From Candidatus Latescibacterota bacterium (GTDB lineage: Bacteria; Latescibacterota; UBA2968), in assembly GCA_965116885.1 (NCBI GenBank), contig OZ220741.1, forward strand, positions 416,001 to 480,000: a DNA stretch of 64,000 bases. The letters run 5' to 3'. Below the pieces are notes generated by a model. That model saw nothing but the letters and a program-made list of their open reading frames with translations. It was not told the origin of the DNA and made no database searches. Of the stretch, positions 49,264-58,459 are shown piece after piece. Both the position numbers and the translations under genes were made by a program. Every line of letters begins with the position of its first letter. Position 1 is the first letter of the stretch.

Positions 49264-50102
49264 ATGGACATCCTCACCGAACAAAAAAATCGTTTTTTGA
49301 CACCTTTGGATTTCTCGCATTTCCGGGGTTATTGGCAGATTGCATCGACGAAATTATCGATGCATTTGAAACGATATGGACACAACGGGGTGGTGGACAC
49401 AACGGACAACCGCACGACGGCATCCGTCGATCGTGCATTGTGCCATTTATCGACCAGCACGAACGACTGTGCGCCCTCTTGGATGATCCGCGAATAAAAG
49501 AAATCCTGGTCGGATTACTGGGTGAAAACTTCAACTACATGGGATCAGACGGAAATTATTATGCCGGAGATACGCAATGGCATTCGGATGGCTGGGGCAA
49601 GGAAATTCGATTTGTAAAAATAGCCCTGTATCTGGATCCCCTAACGCGCGACACGGGCTGTCTGCGCGTCATCCCCGGGAGTCACCATCTCAAAGATCAA
49701 TATGCAAATAATGTCGAAAACACCGTCCGAAATTCTCCAGATCAATGGGGCATTCACGGACCGGATGTCCCTGCACTACCACTGGAAACCAATCCGGGCG
49801 ACGTCGTCCTATTCAACCACAACCTCAAACACGCGGCCTTTGGAGGCAGTCCGCGTCGGCGCATGTTCACCATCAACTGCAGCGAACGCTTCCCTGAAGA
49901 TGAAGAACACATAGAACTGTTAAAAACACAGATTGCCGCACGCGCGCGGTTCTGGAATGATCGCGCATACGGAAAAATCATGCTCGCAACTGCTGGCCCC
50001 AAACGCAAAAAACATCTGGAACAAGTCATGGCGCACGACGACCACCTCGCCGAACTCTCCGCACGCGCAAGAGAAGAAATGCCCGAGCCATCGCGAGGAT
50101 AA
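49264..50102 (+). CDS. PhyH-family dioxygenase with a -1 frameshift near codons 8-12 (sequencing error, pseudogene or recoding)
   Basis: RBS + MDILTEQ in one frame; FFDTFGFLAFPGLL...WHSD...IPGSH in the -1 frame; A7 and T6 runs at the junction. Confidence 0.8.
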
Positions 50103-50124
50103 CGCGGACACTATCAAAACCCAC

Positions 50125-50159
50125 AAAGCCCTGTAATCTTGAATCGCAGGGCTTTTTTT
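50125..50159 (+). terminator. Intrinsic terminator
   Basis: aaagccctg...cagggcttttttt. Confidence 0.7.
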
Positions 50160-50241
50160 ATTTAGGAATCCGCGCTTTTGGGTCACATATATATAGCGAG
50201 CGGAAAAACAAGCGGTCAAAAATCGTCTATCCGGAGTTACA

Positions 50242-51471
50242 ATGAGCAAACGCGATGCAGAGCAAGTTCAAAAAGTATTGTCTGGCGACCAGGCTGCTTA
50301 CGAACCGCTGGTTGAGGCGTATCAAGGGCGCATCTTTGCCTTTGTAGCTGGTCGAATCCGCAACTTTTCCGCAACAGAAGACATCGTACAAAATGCGTTT
50401 GTGGAGGCATACATGCACCTCAAGTCTCTAAAATCGCCCGAAAAATTCTCAGGTTGGCTGCGGGGAATTGCACTCAATCTATCGAACAAATGGATTCAAC
50501 AAAAGCGCCCCGCCGTCTCAATAGACGAAACATCACAAGATGTGACACCTGAAATATCAGAATTTCCACTGCCGGACTTACCCGACGAAGCACTGGAAAA
50601 AACCGAAACAGAAGAAGTCGTTATAGCCGTCGTTGATGCATTACCAGACATTTATCGGGAATCAGTACTGCTCCACTACATGGAAGGCATGACCTATCCC
50701 GAAATCGCAGCCTTTCTCGACATCCCCGAAAGCACAGTAACCGGACGCCTTCAGGTCGCGCGCAATCGCTTGCGCGACGAATTGATGCCGCTGGTAGAAG
50801 ACACGCTCCGCGAAAAACGTCCAACACCTCAACTGACGCGCAAAATAATGGCCGCATTACCCCCGCTATTGTACGCAGTACCAACACAGGCGAGTCTGCT
50901 CGCAAAACTGAAAGGAACGGGCATGATTAAAATAACGGGTATCATCGGCGCAGGAATCGCGGGAACGGGATTGTATTTTGGTGGGATTTCGGCAGTATGG
51001 AATTTAGGACAAGAAAACACTGAGCCATCCCAGGTGCCCCAAATACAGCTCGAATTGGAAAACCTCGCTCAAAATGAGCAATCCGTTCCTGAGAAAACTA
51101 ACGAAACAGAGGGCGTAGAATCTTCGCCACAAGAAGTCCAATCCGATTCCAATACAAGTGGCGAAACACAAACAGAAAAACTGGACTTCAAAATGGAAAC
51201 TTCGCCACAAGATTCACTGGTAAAAATAGTGTACTGGATACCAGAGACGGTCTATTCAGACTCCGTCTTTATAGAACTCGAATGCTACAATAATATGGGC
51301 ATGATAGTAGCCAGACCGATCAATAAAACACACGCACCGGGTTCTTATACGACGTTCTTATCTAAACAAGGACTTCCCGACGGAATATACTTCGTGCAAT
51401 TAGAAGCAAATCAATCCAAAAAAAATGCCCAGATACGGAAATTAAATCTAATTTGGACAGACAGAAAGTGA
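50242..51471 (+). CDS. ECF sigma factor with a long C-terminal extension (TM segment + Ig/FlgD-like domain)
   Basis: GDQAAYEPLV, EDIVQNAF, FSGWL, YPEIAAFL...TVTGRL; then IIGAGIAGTGLYFGG and LPDGIYFVQLEA. Confidence 0.85.
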   Translation: MSKRDAEQVQKVLSGDQAAYEPLVEAYQGRIFAFVAGRIRNFSATEDIVQNAFVEAYMHLKSLKSPEKFSGWLRGIALNLSNKWIQQKRPAVSIDETSQDVTPEISEFPLPDLPDEALEKTETEEVVIAVVDALPDIYRESVLLHYMEGMTYPEIAAFLDIPESTVTGRLQVARNRLRDELMPLVEDTLREKRPTPQLTRKIMAALPPLLYAVPTQASLLAKLKGTGMIKITGIIGAGIAGTGLYFGGISAVWNLGQENTEPSQVPQIQLELENLAQNEQSVPEKTNETEGVESSPQEVQSDSNTSGETQTEKLDFKMETSPQDSLVKIVYWIPETVYSDSVFIELECYNNMGMIVARPINKTHAPGSYTTFLSKQGLPDGIYFVQLEANQSKKNAQIRKLNLIWTDRK

Positions 51472-51478
51472 GGTCAGC

Positions 51479-52762
51479 ATGTATTTCAACAAGTGCAAAC
51501 TGGTAGCAAGTCTGGCAATATGTCTAATTGCATATTCTCTGTGTTTTGCACAACAGCCAACCCATTCCAAAGAAGAAATGAAGCGATTTCGCCAATTTGC
51601 GTCCGGATACCTCCCCAAGACCCCAGATCAGTATTGGGAGGGCATTCTGGGACTGGAGCAACTGCTTGCGGATTATCCCAATACCTTTTTGAAAGGCGAC
51701 ATCTCCATCACCCTGTTGGGTTATTACCAACACGTCACCGATGATCCACACCTGTTGATTGAACTCTCTGAAAAAATGCTCGCATTGCGAAGGCACACCA
51801 ATGGTGCTTATGAAACGGCTGCTCGGGCACTCGTAGATAAGAAAGTTCGGTCTGATAAAACGCTTCTATATGCACAAAACGCATTAAAAGAAGCATTGCA
51901 GAACCAGGAAAAATGGGAAAATTACGGTAAAAGAGAATTAATCTGCCGGGATCTATTGGCGCGTGCTCATCAACTCCTTGGACAACACGACCGTGCTGTC
52001 CAAGAAATAAAAACCGCGCTACGCGGTTGGCAAACCCGAGAAGATTTAGGCGACCTGGAACTGGCATCTCGGCAGGCGTCAGTAGATAGGGCAAAGACCC
52101 ACTTGCTTCGAATCTATATCGACCAAAAAGCATGGACAGAGGCTTATGAACTCGCCTCAGAACTATTGCTAACCTCAGTCATACGCCAGGATATAGCAGA
52201 ACTGTGGAGCCAAGCTTATGCTGGCAAACACGGCTCAGGTGCGGGGATGAGCAAAGCATACGCTGCCTTAAAATCCGAGCGGAAGGAAAAAATCATCCAA
52301 AGCGTCGAAAAAGAACGCATTTTACGCTCTGCACCGGCCTTTGAAGTCCAGAAGTTAGACGGTGAAAAAATCACGTCAGCAGACTTAAAAGGCAAAGCTG
52401 TGGTACTAACATTTTGGGCGGGATGGTGCAGCCCGTGCATTGAAGAACTGCCCTATCTCCAAAACCTCAACGCGCAATTTCTCAAGCAAAATGTCGAATT
52501 TTTAGCTGTAAATATCGACCAGGACAGCTCAATGCGCCGGGATATGGTCGCCAGCTTTCGGTACCAGAGCGCACCGCTCTTAACCTTTGCATTGGGCGAT
52601 CTGGAAATGCGAAAAGCGTTTGGCTCCGACGAGATTCCCTATACCTGCATCATCGACCAGAACGGACAAATTCGGTATGAGCGCAAGGGATTAGGTGCAG
52701 ATTTCAGCGTGGCAATGGCGCATCAATTGCAATGGGTCATCGGAATGAACGAGGCACCGTAA
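51479..52762 (+). CDS. Exported TlpA-like thiol-disulfide oxidoreductase with an N-terminal helical/TPR-like region
   Basis: LKGKAVVLTFWAGWCSPCIEELP, IPYTCIIDQNG. Confidence 0.85.
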   Translation: MYFNKCKLVASLAICLIAYSLCFAQQPTHSKEEMKRFRQFASGYLPKTPDQYWEGILGLEQLLADYPNTFLKGDISITLLGYYQHVTDDPHLLIELSEKMLALRRHTNGAYETAARALVDKKVRSDKTLLYAQNALKEALQNQEKWENYGKRELICRDLLARAHQLLGQHDRAVQEIKTALRGWQTREDLGDLELASRQASVDRAKTHLLRIYIDQKAWTEAYELASELLLTSVIRQDIAELWSQAYAGKHGSGAGMSKAYAALKSERKEKIIQSVEKERILRSAPAFEVQKLDGEKITSADLKGKAVVLTFWAGWCSPCIEELPYLQNLNAQFLKQNVEFLAVNIDQDSSMRRDMVASFRYQSAPLLTFALGDLEMRKAFGSDEIPYTCIIDQNGQIRYERKGLGADFSVAMAHQLQWVIGMNEAP

Positions 52763-52781
52763 CGAAAGTCCCCGATAAAAC

Positions 52782-52817
52782 AAAACGGGCTGTGAGCAGA
52801 TTGCACAGCCCGTTTTT
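52782..52817 (+). terminator. Intrinsic terminator
   Basis: aaaacgggctgtg...cacagcccgttttt. Confidence 0.75.
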
Positions 52818-52857
52818 ATATGGCACACAGAATAAACATAAAAAAATAATTTTAACC

Positions 52858-52886
52858 TTGCTTGTGTACAAGTAAAGTTGTACAAT
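52858..52886 (+). promoter_or_regulatory. TA promoter with overlapping palindromic operator
   Basis: TTGCTT-N17-TACAAT; TGTACAA-N6-TTGTACA (52865-52884). Confidence 0.7.
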
Positions 52887-52891
52887 TAAAT

Positions 52892-53278
52892 ATGCCTGAT
52901 CAAGAATACATCTTATTTCAAGGTGAAAAATACACTATTGAATGGTATTATGGATCAAATGGTAGAAGTCAGGCTCTAACATATTTTAATCGCTTAGACC
53001 GGAGACAAAAAATAAAACTTATCAAGCTGGTCGAGATAATGGGAACGATAGGTGTTATTAGAAATAAGCAACAGTTTAACTATGAGGGGAATGGTATTTA
53101 TGCTTTTAAGCCTCAGCCCAATCGTTTCCTTTGTTTTTTTTATTCAGGAAAGAAAATTATTGTAACCAGTGCCTTTCAGAAGAAAACTCAGAAACTGCCA
53201 ACAGGGGAAAAGGAAAGAGCTTTGCGGGCGAAAGCAGATTATGCGCAGCGGGTTAAGAGGAGATGCTATTATGAATAA
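52892..53278 (+). CDS. RelE/ParE-superfamily (HigB/Gp49-like) toxin
   Basis: GIYAFKPQPNRFLCFF...IIVTSAFQKKTQKLP; toxin-first gene order. Confidence 0.8.
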   Translation: MPDQEYILFQGEKYTIEWYYGSNGRSQALTYFNRLDRRQKIKLIKLVEIMGTIGVIRNKQQFNYEGNGIYAFKPQPNRFLCFFYSGKKIIVTSAFQKKTQKLPTGEKERALRAKADYAQRVKRRCYYE

Positions 53279-53570
53279 AAAACCGATATCTACTTACGAG
53301 CGACTGATGCAAGATCCGGAATTTAAAGAAGAATACGAAAAGGAATACAAAGAATTTGCCCTTTCGGAATTGCTTCTGGCACTCATGGACGGGGATGACA
53401 AATCGGTTCGAAAGCTGGCAAAAGAAGCTGGCTTATCCGCCAATACAATTCAAAATATCCGATCTGGAAGACAAAAAGACATCCGTCTGCAGAGCTTTAA
53501 GAACATCGTACAAGCCTACGGTTTTCGGATCATTCTGGAAAAAGATGGAGAGCGGATACCTGTTGCCTGA
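53271..53570 (+). CDS. XRE-type HTH antitoxin (HigA-like)
   Basis: DPEFKEEY, SVRKLAKEAGLSANTIQNIRSG; overlaps the toxin stop codon. Confidence 0.8.
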   Translation: MNKKPISTYERLMQDPEFKEEYEKEYKEFALSELLLALMDGDDKSVRKLAKEAGLSANTIQNIRSGRQKDIRLQSFKNIVQAYGFRIILEKDGERIPVA

Positions 53571-53637
53571 TACCAAATCTTCGACTGCTTAAAATAGAAA
53601 AGGGACACAAAATACTTCGCATTTTTTTTATTTTTTA

Positions 53638-54561
53638 TTAGAGAATCTCATCAATCTCCGCCATCTCCTCATCACTGAGGTCCCAGCCAATAGTCGCGGC
53701 ATTTGCCGTGACCTGCTCGGGCGTGGTAGCTCCGGCAATCACAGAACACACACAGGGATTGGCGAGAAGCCATGCAAAAGCCAGATCGAGAATCGTGTGA
53801 TCGCGTTCCCGTGCAAATTCTTCCAGCGCTTCCAGAACATCAAAATTCTTATCCGTAAACATACCGCGGTCTCTCTCTGCCAACCGCGTGCCCTCGGGTG
53901 CTGGTTCATCCCGGCGATATTTACCCGTAAGAAAACCGCTGGCAAGGGGATAATAGGGTAAAATGCCAATACCATAAGATTTGCAAAACGGCACAAGCTC
54001 TGCTTCAACCTCGCGGTCCAGCATACTGTAGCGGGGTTGCACAGTCGAAAACGCAACCAGATTCTTCGCACGCGAAGTCCATAAGGCCTCACACACCTCC
54101 CACGCCATAAAATTGGAACAACCGATATAGCGCACCTTGCCCTGAGCAACGAGATAGTCAAGCGCGTGCAAAGTCTCCTCAATAGGCGTATTGGCGTCCG
54201 TCTGGTGAATCTGATACAGATCGATATAATCCGTATTGAGACGTCTGAGACTCTCCTCCACCTCTTTGAGAATATGGTAACGCGAATTGCCGCTCATATT
54301 CGGCCCATCCCCCATACTCATCGACACCTTAGTCGCCAGAATAAACGCATCGCGCTTGCCTCTAATCGCCCGACCAATATAAGACTCCGATAGCGACCCC
54401 CCGTACATATTAGCCGTATCGATCAACGTAACACCCTCATCCAGCGCCCGATCCATAACACGCGCCGTACCCCTCGCATCGAGACGCCAGCCAAAATTAT
54501 TCGTACCCAACCCAATGGCCGAAACCTGAAGCCCTGAATTGCCGAGTTGTCGATATTCCAT
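53638..54561 (-). CDS. Aldo/keto reductase
   Basis: LGNSGLQVSAIGLGT, IDTANMY, DYIDLYQIH, GKVRYIGCSN. Confidence 0.93.
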   Translation of the reverse strand: MEYRQLGNSGLQVSAIGLGTNNFGWRLDARGTARVMDRALDEGVTLIDTANMYGGSLSESYIGRAIRGKRDAFILATKVSMSMGDGPNMSGNSRYHILKEVEESLRRLNTDYIDLYQIHQTDANTPIEETLHALDYLVAQGKVRYIGCSNFMAWEVCEALWTSRAKNLVAFSTVQPRYSMLDREVEAELVPFCKSYGIGILPYYPLASGFLTGKYRRDEPAPEGTRLAERDRGMFTDKNFDVLEALEEFARERDHTILDLAFAWLLANPCVCSVIAGATTPEQVTANAATIGWDLSDEEMAEIDEIL

Positions 54562-54575
54562 TTTAAAACTCCTCC

Positions 54576-55757
54576 TCAAAAAATATCACCCTGATACAAC
54601 TGCTGCAAAAACTCTGCAACGGGCAAAACATCCACACCATCAAAATGATAGCTCCGCTTACCCGTATAAACCCCCACCATGCGATCAACGCGAATCTGTG
54701 GAGATTGACTCATACCGCGCATCTGGCGTTCCCAGCGCCTATCCCACCGCTCAGACAGCTTAACTTCGAGACACACCACATGCGCCCGAGAAGATACCGT
54801 TCGCTTCCGCGTTTCAATAATAAAATCGATTTCTCCCCCTGTAGCCGTGCGATAAAATGCAATAGAACGGTGTTTTTCTCGCGTGTGATTGTACACGCGC
54901 AATTCGTGATAAATTAAAGTTTCTAACGCCGTTCCCAACCAGACGCGGTCAAGCGGATCATCGAGCAATCCCGCGGCTGCACGCGCAACCCCCGGATCGA
55001 ACCAGTAGAATTTGGGTCGGGTCTGCTCTCGAACTTTAATATTTGGACGATAAGCCAACAGTTTGTGCCCCAAAAGCGTATCTTCCAGAATCGAAAAATA
55101 GATATCGATACTACTGCGAGAAACCGCCGCGTCTCGCGCCAGACTTTGCGCGTTAACCTGCTGGGCATTAATCTGGCCAGCAATGCTTAAAAATCGGAGA
55201 AAAGGAGGCAGATTGCGCACAACCCCCTCTTCTTTAATCTCTTCTCTAATATAGGTATTAACATAAGCATCCAGAATATCGCGGGCATACTTGCGGTCTA
55301 ATTGCACCGTGGGCAACATGCCGTATTGCAGTGAAAAATCGAGATCAAAAAGCGCACCGAGTTCTGCACTACTAAACGATTCCATGTGGCGAGTAATTGC
55401 GCGACCAGCAAGCAAATTAGTACCGCCCCGTCGCAACTTGCGCGCAGAAGAACCGCAAAGCACGAACCGCCATCGTTTATTTTCAATCAACCGATGAACC
55501 TCATCCAGCAAAGCGGGAATCTTTTGAACTTCATCCAGAACAACCCAGGTCTGCTCTGGACGATTGCCGATCAGAGCCTCGAGATGATGGGGCGACTGAG
55601 AGAGCGCGAAATAAAGTGAAGAATCGAGCAAATCGAGATACATCGCACCGGGCAAAACCTGGCGCAAATAGGTACTCTTGCCTGTTGAGCGCGGTCCAAA
55701 AAGAAAAAACGAGCGATCAGGCAAGGCCAAAAGGCGTTTTAATAAAGTATCTTCCAT
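54576..55757 (-). CDS. AAA_14 ATPase with DUF4143 domain
   Basis: GPRSTGKS, LDEVQK, CGSSAR, PKFYWFDPG, EIDFI...EVK. Confidence 0.88.
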   Translation of the reverse strand: MEDTLLKRLLALPDRSFFLFGPRSTGKSTYLRQVLPGAMYLDLLDSSLYFALSQSPHHLEALIGNRPEQTWVVLDEVQKIPALLDEVHRLIENKRWRFVLCGSSARKLRRGGTNLLAGRAITRHMESFSSAELGALFDLDFSLQYGMLPTVQLDRKYARDILDAYVNTYIREEIKEEGVVRNLPPFLRFLSIAGQINAQQVNAQSLARDAAVSRSSIDIYFSILEDTLLGHKLLAYRPNIKVREQTRPKFYWFDPGVARAAAGLLDDPLDRVWLGTALETLIYHELRVYNHTREKHRSIAFYRTATGGEIDFIIETRKRTVSSRAHVVCLEVKLSERWDRRWERQMRGMSQSPQIRVDRMVGVYTGKRSYHFDGVDVLPVAEFLQQLYQGDIF

Positions 55758-55758
55758 A

Positions 55759-55823
55759 TTGCAAATTTACAAAACTATTGTAAAAAAACAATACAAATTT
55801 ACAAAACTATTGTAAATTTGCAA
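55759..55823. promoter_or_regulatory. Two 23-bp direct repeats, each palindromic, abutting the ATPase start
   Basis: CAAATTTACAAAACTATTGTAAA at 55762 and 55794; core TTTACAA-N5-TTGTAAA. Confidence 0.7.
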
Positions 55824-55853
55824 TCCAAGGGGCTAAAAAATATAGACAATCAA

Positions 55854-56672
55854 TTAAAAAGAATAAGAAGCAGAGAGGGACAAAGGCGTGTGAGAGCGGT
55901 TGAATTTGAGGCGATCCAATGGGATAGACTGCCAGGTCTCATAGCTGGCAAGTTTGCCAATAACACTACCGATACCGGCACCGACCCCAGAAATAACAAC
56001 CGTTTTGGGACTCAGAACAATATTGGCAAGAGCTGACCATCCCGTCTCGGTACTCCTGTTCAAATCGGACGAGGAAAAAATAACACCAATACAGAAACCC
56101 GTAACCAGACCGGCTTTGAAACCCTTCCCGATATGGGATGTCTTGCTCAGATTAATCGACAGTTGATCCAGTTCCGAAGCCGTCAGGATTTTATACTCAT
56201 CGCGATTATGTGTATCCGCCAAAACGATCAAAGAATCGCTCACACTCGCAATAACACCCTCAAACCGGCTATCTGCCGTCTCCAAAACGCCAATAACAGC
56301 CCGGTGCCCGGGTATGACGCTGGACCGGGTCAAAAATCGCCGCGCCTGGGGATTGAACTGCACGGCAATTCTTTTCGTCTTCTTTACGCGCAAATGATCA
56401 ATAGATCGGTAAGGAATGCGGCGTCTATAGGGCAATTGATTTGTGACAATTGTAACCACATAACCCTGCGTGCGATTGACATAGCCTCGAAAACGCTTTT
56501 TTTGCGCGCCGGAAAAATACGCACCCTCGACATACGTCCCAATATCGAGTTCTTTTACTCTTTCACTCACATCACTCGCATAACTCTGCGTACAAAGCTG
56601 TCCCAGCAGAAATATCAGAAATATCGAACAGGTCTTAAAAGCGCGAAAAAAAAAGAAAGACAAGATAGGCAA
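55854..56672 (-). CDS. Hypothetical exported/membrane protein
   Basis: Hydrophobic N-terminus, Gly-rich GVGAGIGSVIG segment, C-terminal F; start uncertain. Confidence 0.65.
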   Translation of the reverse strand: MPILSFFFFRAFKTCSIFLIFLLGQLCTQSYASDVSERVKELDIGTYVEGAYFSGAQKKRFRGYVNRTQGYVVTIVTNQLPYRRRIPYRSIDHLRVKKTKRIAVQFNPQARRFLTRSSVIPGHRAVIGVLETADSRFEGVIASVSDSLIVLADTHNRDEYKILTASELDQLSINLSKTSHIGKGFKAGLVTGFCIGVIFSSSDLNRSTETGWSALANIVLSPKTVVISGVGAGIGSVIGKLASYETWQSIPLDRLKFNRSHTPLSLSASYSF

Positions 56673-56689
56673 TCCGTGAATGGAAAATA

Positions 56690-57052
56690 TTACGTTTTGT
56701 CTTTGGATGGAATATAGCGGTTGGCAAGCGCGACATAATCCTCGCGAATCGGCGAAAAAATATCGAGCGCCACACAGGGACCATCTACTGCCTCAGCCCG
56801 GTGCGGCACATGGGCGGGAATAAGAAAAGCTTCGCCGGGTTCAACCGTGCGAGTCTCCCCATCAATCGTGAACTTCATCTTCCCCTCAAGCATCATACCT
56901 CCCTGCTCGTGGGGATGGCTGTGCATCGGCACAACAGCACCCGCGTCAAATTCAACGCGAGAGAGCATCAAATTTTCGCCATAAGGCGTCCGAATGCGTA
57001 CGCCCGGCGCGACTTCATTAGCTGGATATTTATCCCAATCAATAAATGACAT
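56690..57052 (-). CDS. Cupin domain protein
   Basis: HSHPHEQ, IPAHVPH, DIFSPIREDY. Confidence 0.9.
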   Translation of the reverse strand: MSFIDWDKYPANEVAPGVRIRTPYGENLMLSRVEFDAGAVVPMHSHPHEQGGMMLEGKMKFTIDGETRTVEPGEAFLIPAHVPHRAEAVDGPCVALDIFSPIREDYVALANRYIPSKDKT

Positions 57053-57099
57053 TTTACACAGCTCTCGAAAAATGGGCAACGGGGATATTTTCTGTCCTC

Positions 57100-57543
57100 T
57101 CAGGAGACTGCACGCGCCTCCGCGTCAATCGCGCCAAAGAGTTGCCGCGTCATCAAACGGGCTGCACTGGCGTGCATGCGTTGTCCCACAGCAGCGATTG
57201 GCCCGCCGATTTGCACATCGCCCTCAAACGAAATCCGCGTATTCTCGCCCTCAGGGGCAAGTTCCACAACGCCCTGCCCCTTGACAAACCCGGTCGTGCC
57301 CTTGATATCGACCACCATCGTATAGCGCTCGGGCGGTTGAATATCTGAAAGCGTGACACTACCCGTGTATTTGCCGCGAACGGGACCAATCCCTGCGGAA
57401 ACAGCCATATCGTAAACCCCATCTTCCCTGTGTTCCAGCTTGTCGCAGCCGGGCATACAACGAGCGAGCACCTCGGGATCGATAAGCAACTCAAAAGCGC
57501 GCTCAACCGGCGCGCCAATCGTGTGTGTACCAGAAAGTTTCAA
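57100..57543 (-). CDS. coxG: CoxG (SRPBCC) protein
   Basis: DPEVLARCMPGC, GIGPVRGKY, GGPIAAVGQR; TTG start with AGGAG RBS. Confidence 0.85.
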   Translation of the reverse strand: MKLSGTHTIGAPVERAFELLIDPEVLARCMPGCDKLEHREDGVYDMAVSAGIGPVRGKYTGSVTLSDIQPPERYTMVVDIKGTTGFVKGQGVVELAPEGENTRISFEGDVQIGGPIAAVGQRMHASAARLMTRQLFGAIDAEARAVS

Positions 57544-57553
57544 AACGTCTCCT

Positions 57554-57595
57554 AAAAAAATACAGCCCCCTTCCCCGAAAGAGAAGAGGGCTGTA
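57554..57595 (-). terminator. Terminator-like hairpin between coxM and coxG
   Basis: TACAGCCC...GGGCTGTA followed by T7. Confidence 0.6.
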
Positions 57596-57598
57596 AAA

Positions 57599-58456
57599 TC
57601 AAGCTGCGCGTTCAATTGCCCGGCTCAATGCCCGTTGGGCAAACACGCATGCCAAATGGGCGCGGTAATCGCCAGAAGCGTGGTGATCTTCCTGAAATTC
57701 CTCTACGCCATCAGCCGCATGGGCCGCCGCATCGGCAACAGCGTCAATACCCTGACCCACAAGCGCGTCTTCGACCGCCTGTGCGCGGTACGCCGCAGGC
57801 GCAACACCTGTAACACCTACAGCCACAGAAGCGCAGTTGCCCGCATCATCCAGCGTCACCTGAGCCGCAACGCCTGCAAGGGCAAAACCGGACGCAGATT
57901 GTCGCATCTTGACATACGCACCACCCGAATTCTCGGGCGGAGTGGCAATGCGAATACCTGTAAGGACCTCGTCGGGTTGCAAATCTGTAATAAAGAGATC
58001 CACAAAAAAATCAGACGCAGCAACCGCGCGTTCACCATTGGGACCGGCAATATCCAATTGTGCATCGAGGGCGAGCATAGTCGCCGGCCAATCCGCAGCC
58101 GGGTCGGCATGGGCAATACTCCCGCCCACAGTGCCCCGATTCCGCACCTGCGCATCGCCAATCTCTGCTGCAGTCTCGGGCAAAAGGGAACATTTTGAAG
58201 GCAACAGGCGATGGCTTTCCACAGCATAATGCGTGGCCAGAGCGCCAATGGTAATGGTCTCATTGCCCGCCGTCACTCTTTTTAAGCCGGCAACGCCACC
58301 CAGATCAATAACGACCGAAGGCGCAGCAAGACGCAATTTCATAGACGGAATCAGACTGTGACCGCCCGCCAGTACTTTGGCATCGTCGCCGAACTCCTGC
58401 ACCAGACGCATCGCGCTTCTCAGAGTTTTGGGTGCGTGGTAATCAAAGGGAGTCAT
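57599..58456 (-). CDS. coxM: Molybdenum hydroxylase FAD subunit
   Basis: AGGHSLIP, QVRNRGTVGGSIAHADPAAD. Confidence 0.9.
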   Translation of the reverse strand: MTPFDYHAPKTLRSAMRLVQEFGDDAKVLAGGHSLIPSMKLRLAAPSVVIDLGGVAGLKRVTAGNETITIGALATHYAVESHRLLPSKCSLLPETAAEIGDAQVRNRGTVGGSIAHADPAADWPATMLALDAQLDIAGPNGERAVAASDFFVDLFITDLQPDEVLTGIRIATPPENSGGAYVKMRQSASGFALAGVAAQVTLDDAGNCASVAVGVTGVAPAAYRAQAVEDALVGQGIDAVADAAAHAADGVEEFQEDHHASGDYRAHLACVFAQRALSRAIERAA

Positions 58457-58459
58457 TGT

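Noticed and set aside
49200..50200. ECF-like promoters upstream of the selenoprotein (GAAACTT...CGTT) and the second sigma gene (GGAAT...CATATA)
   Set aside because: Single occurrences of short motifs with no second copy to support them
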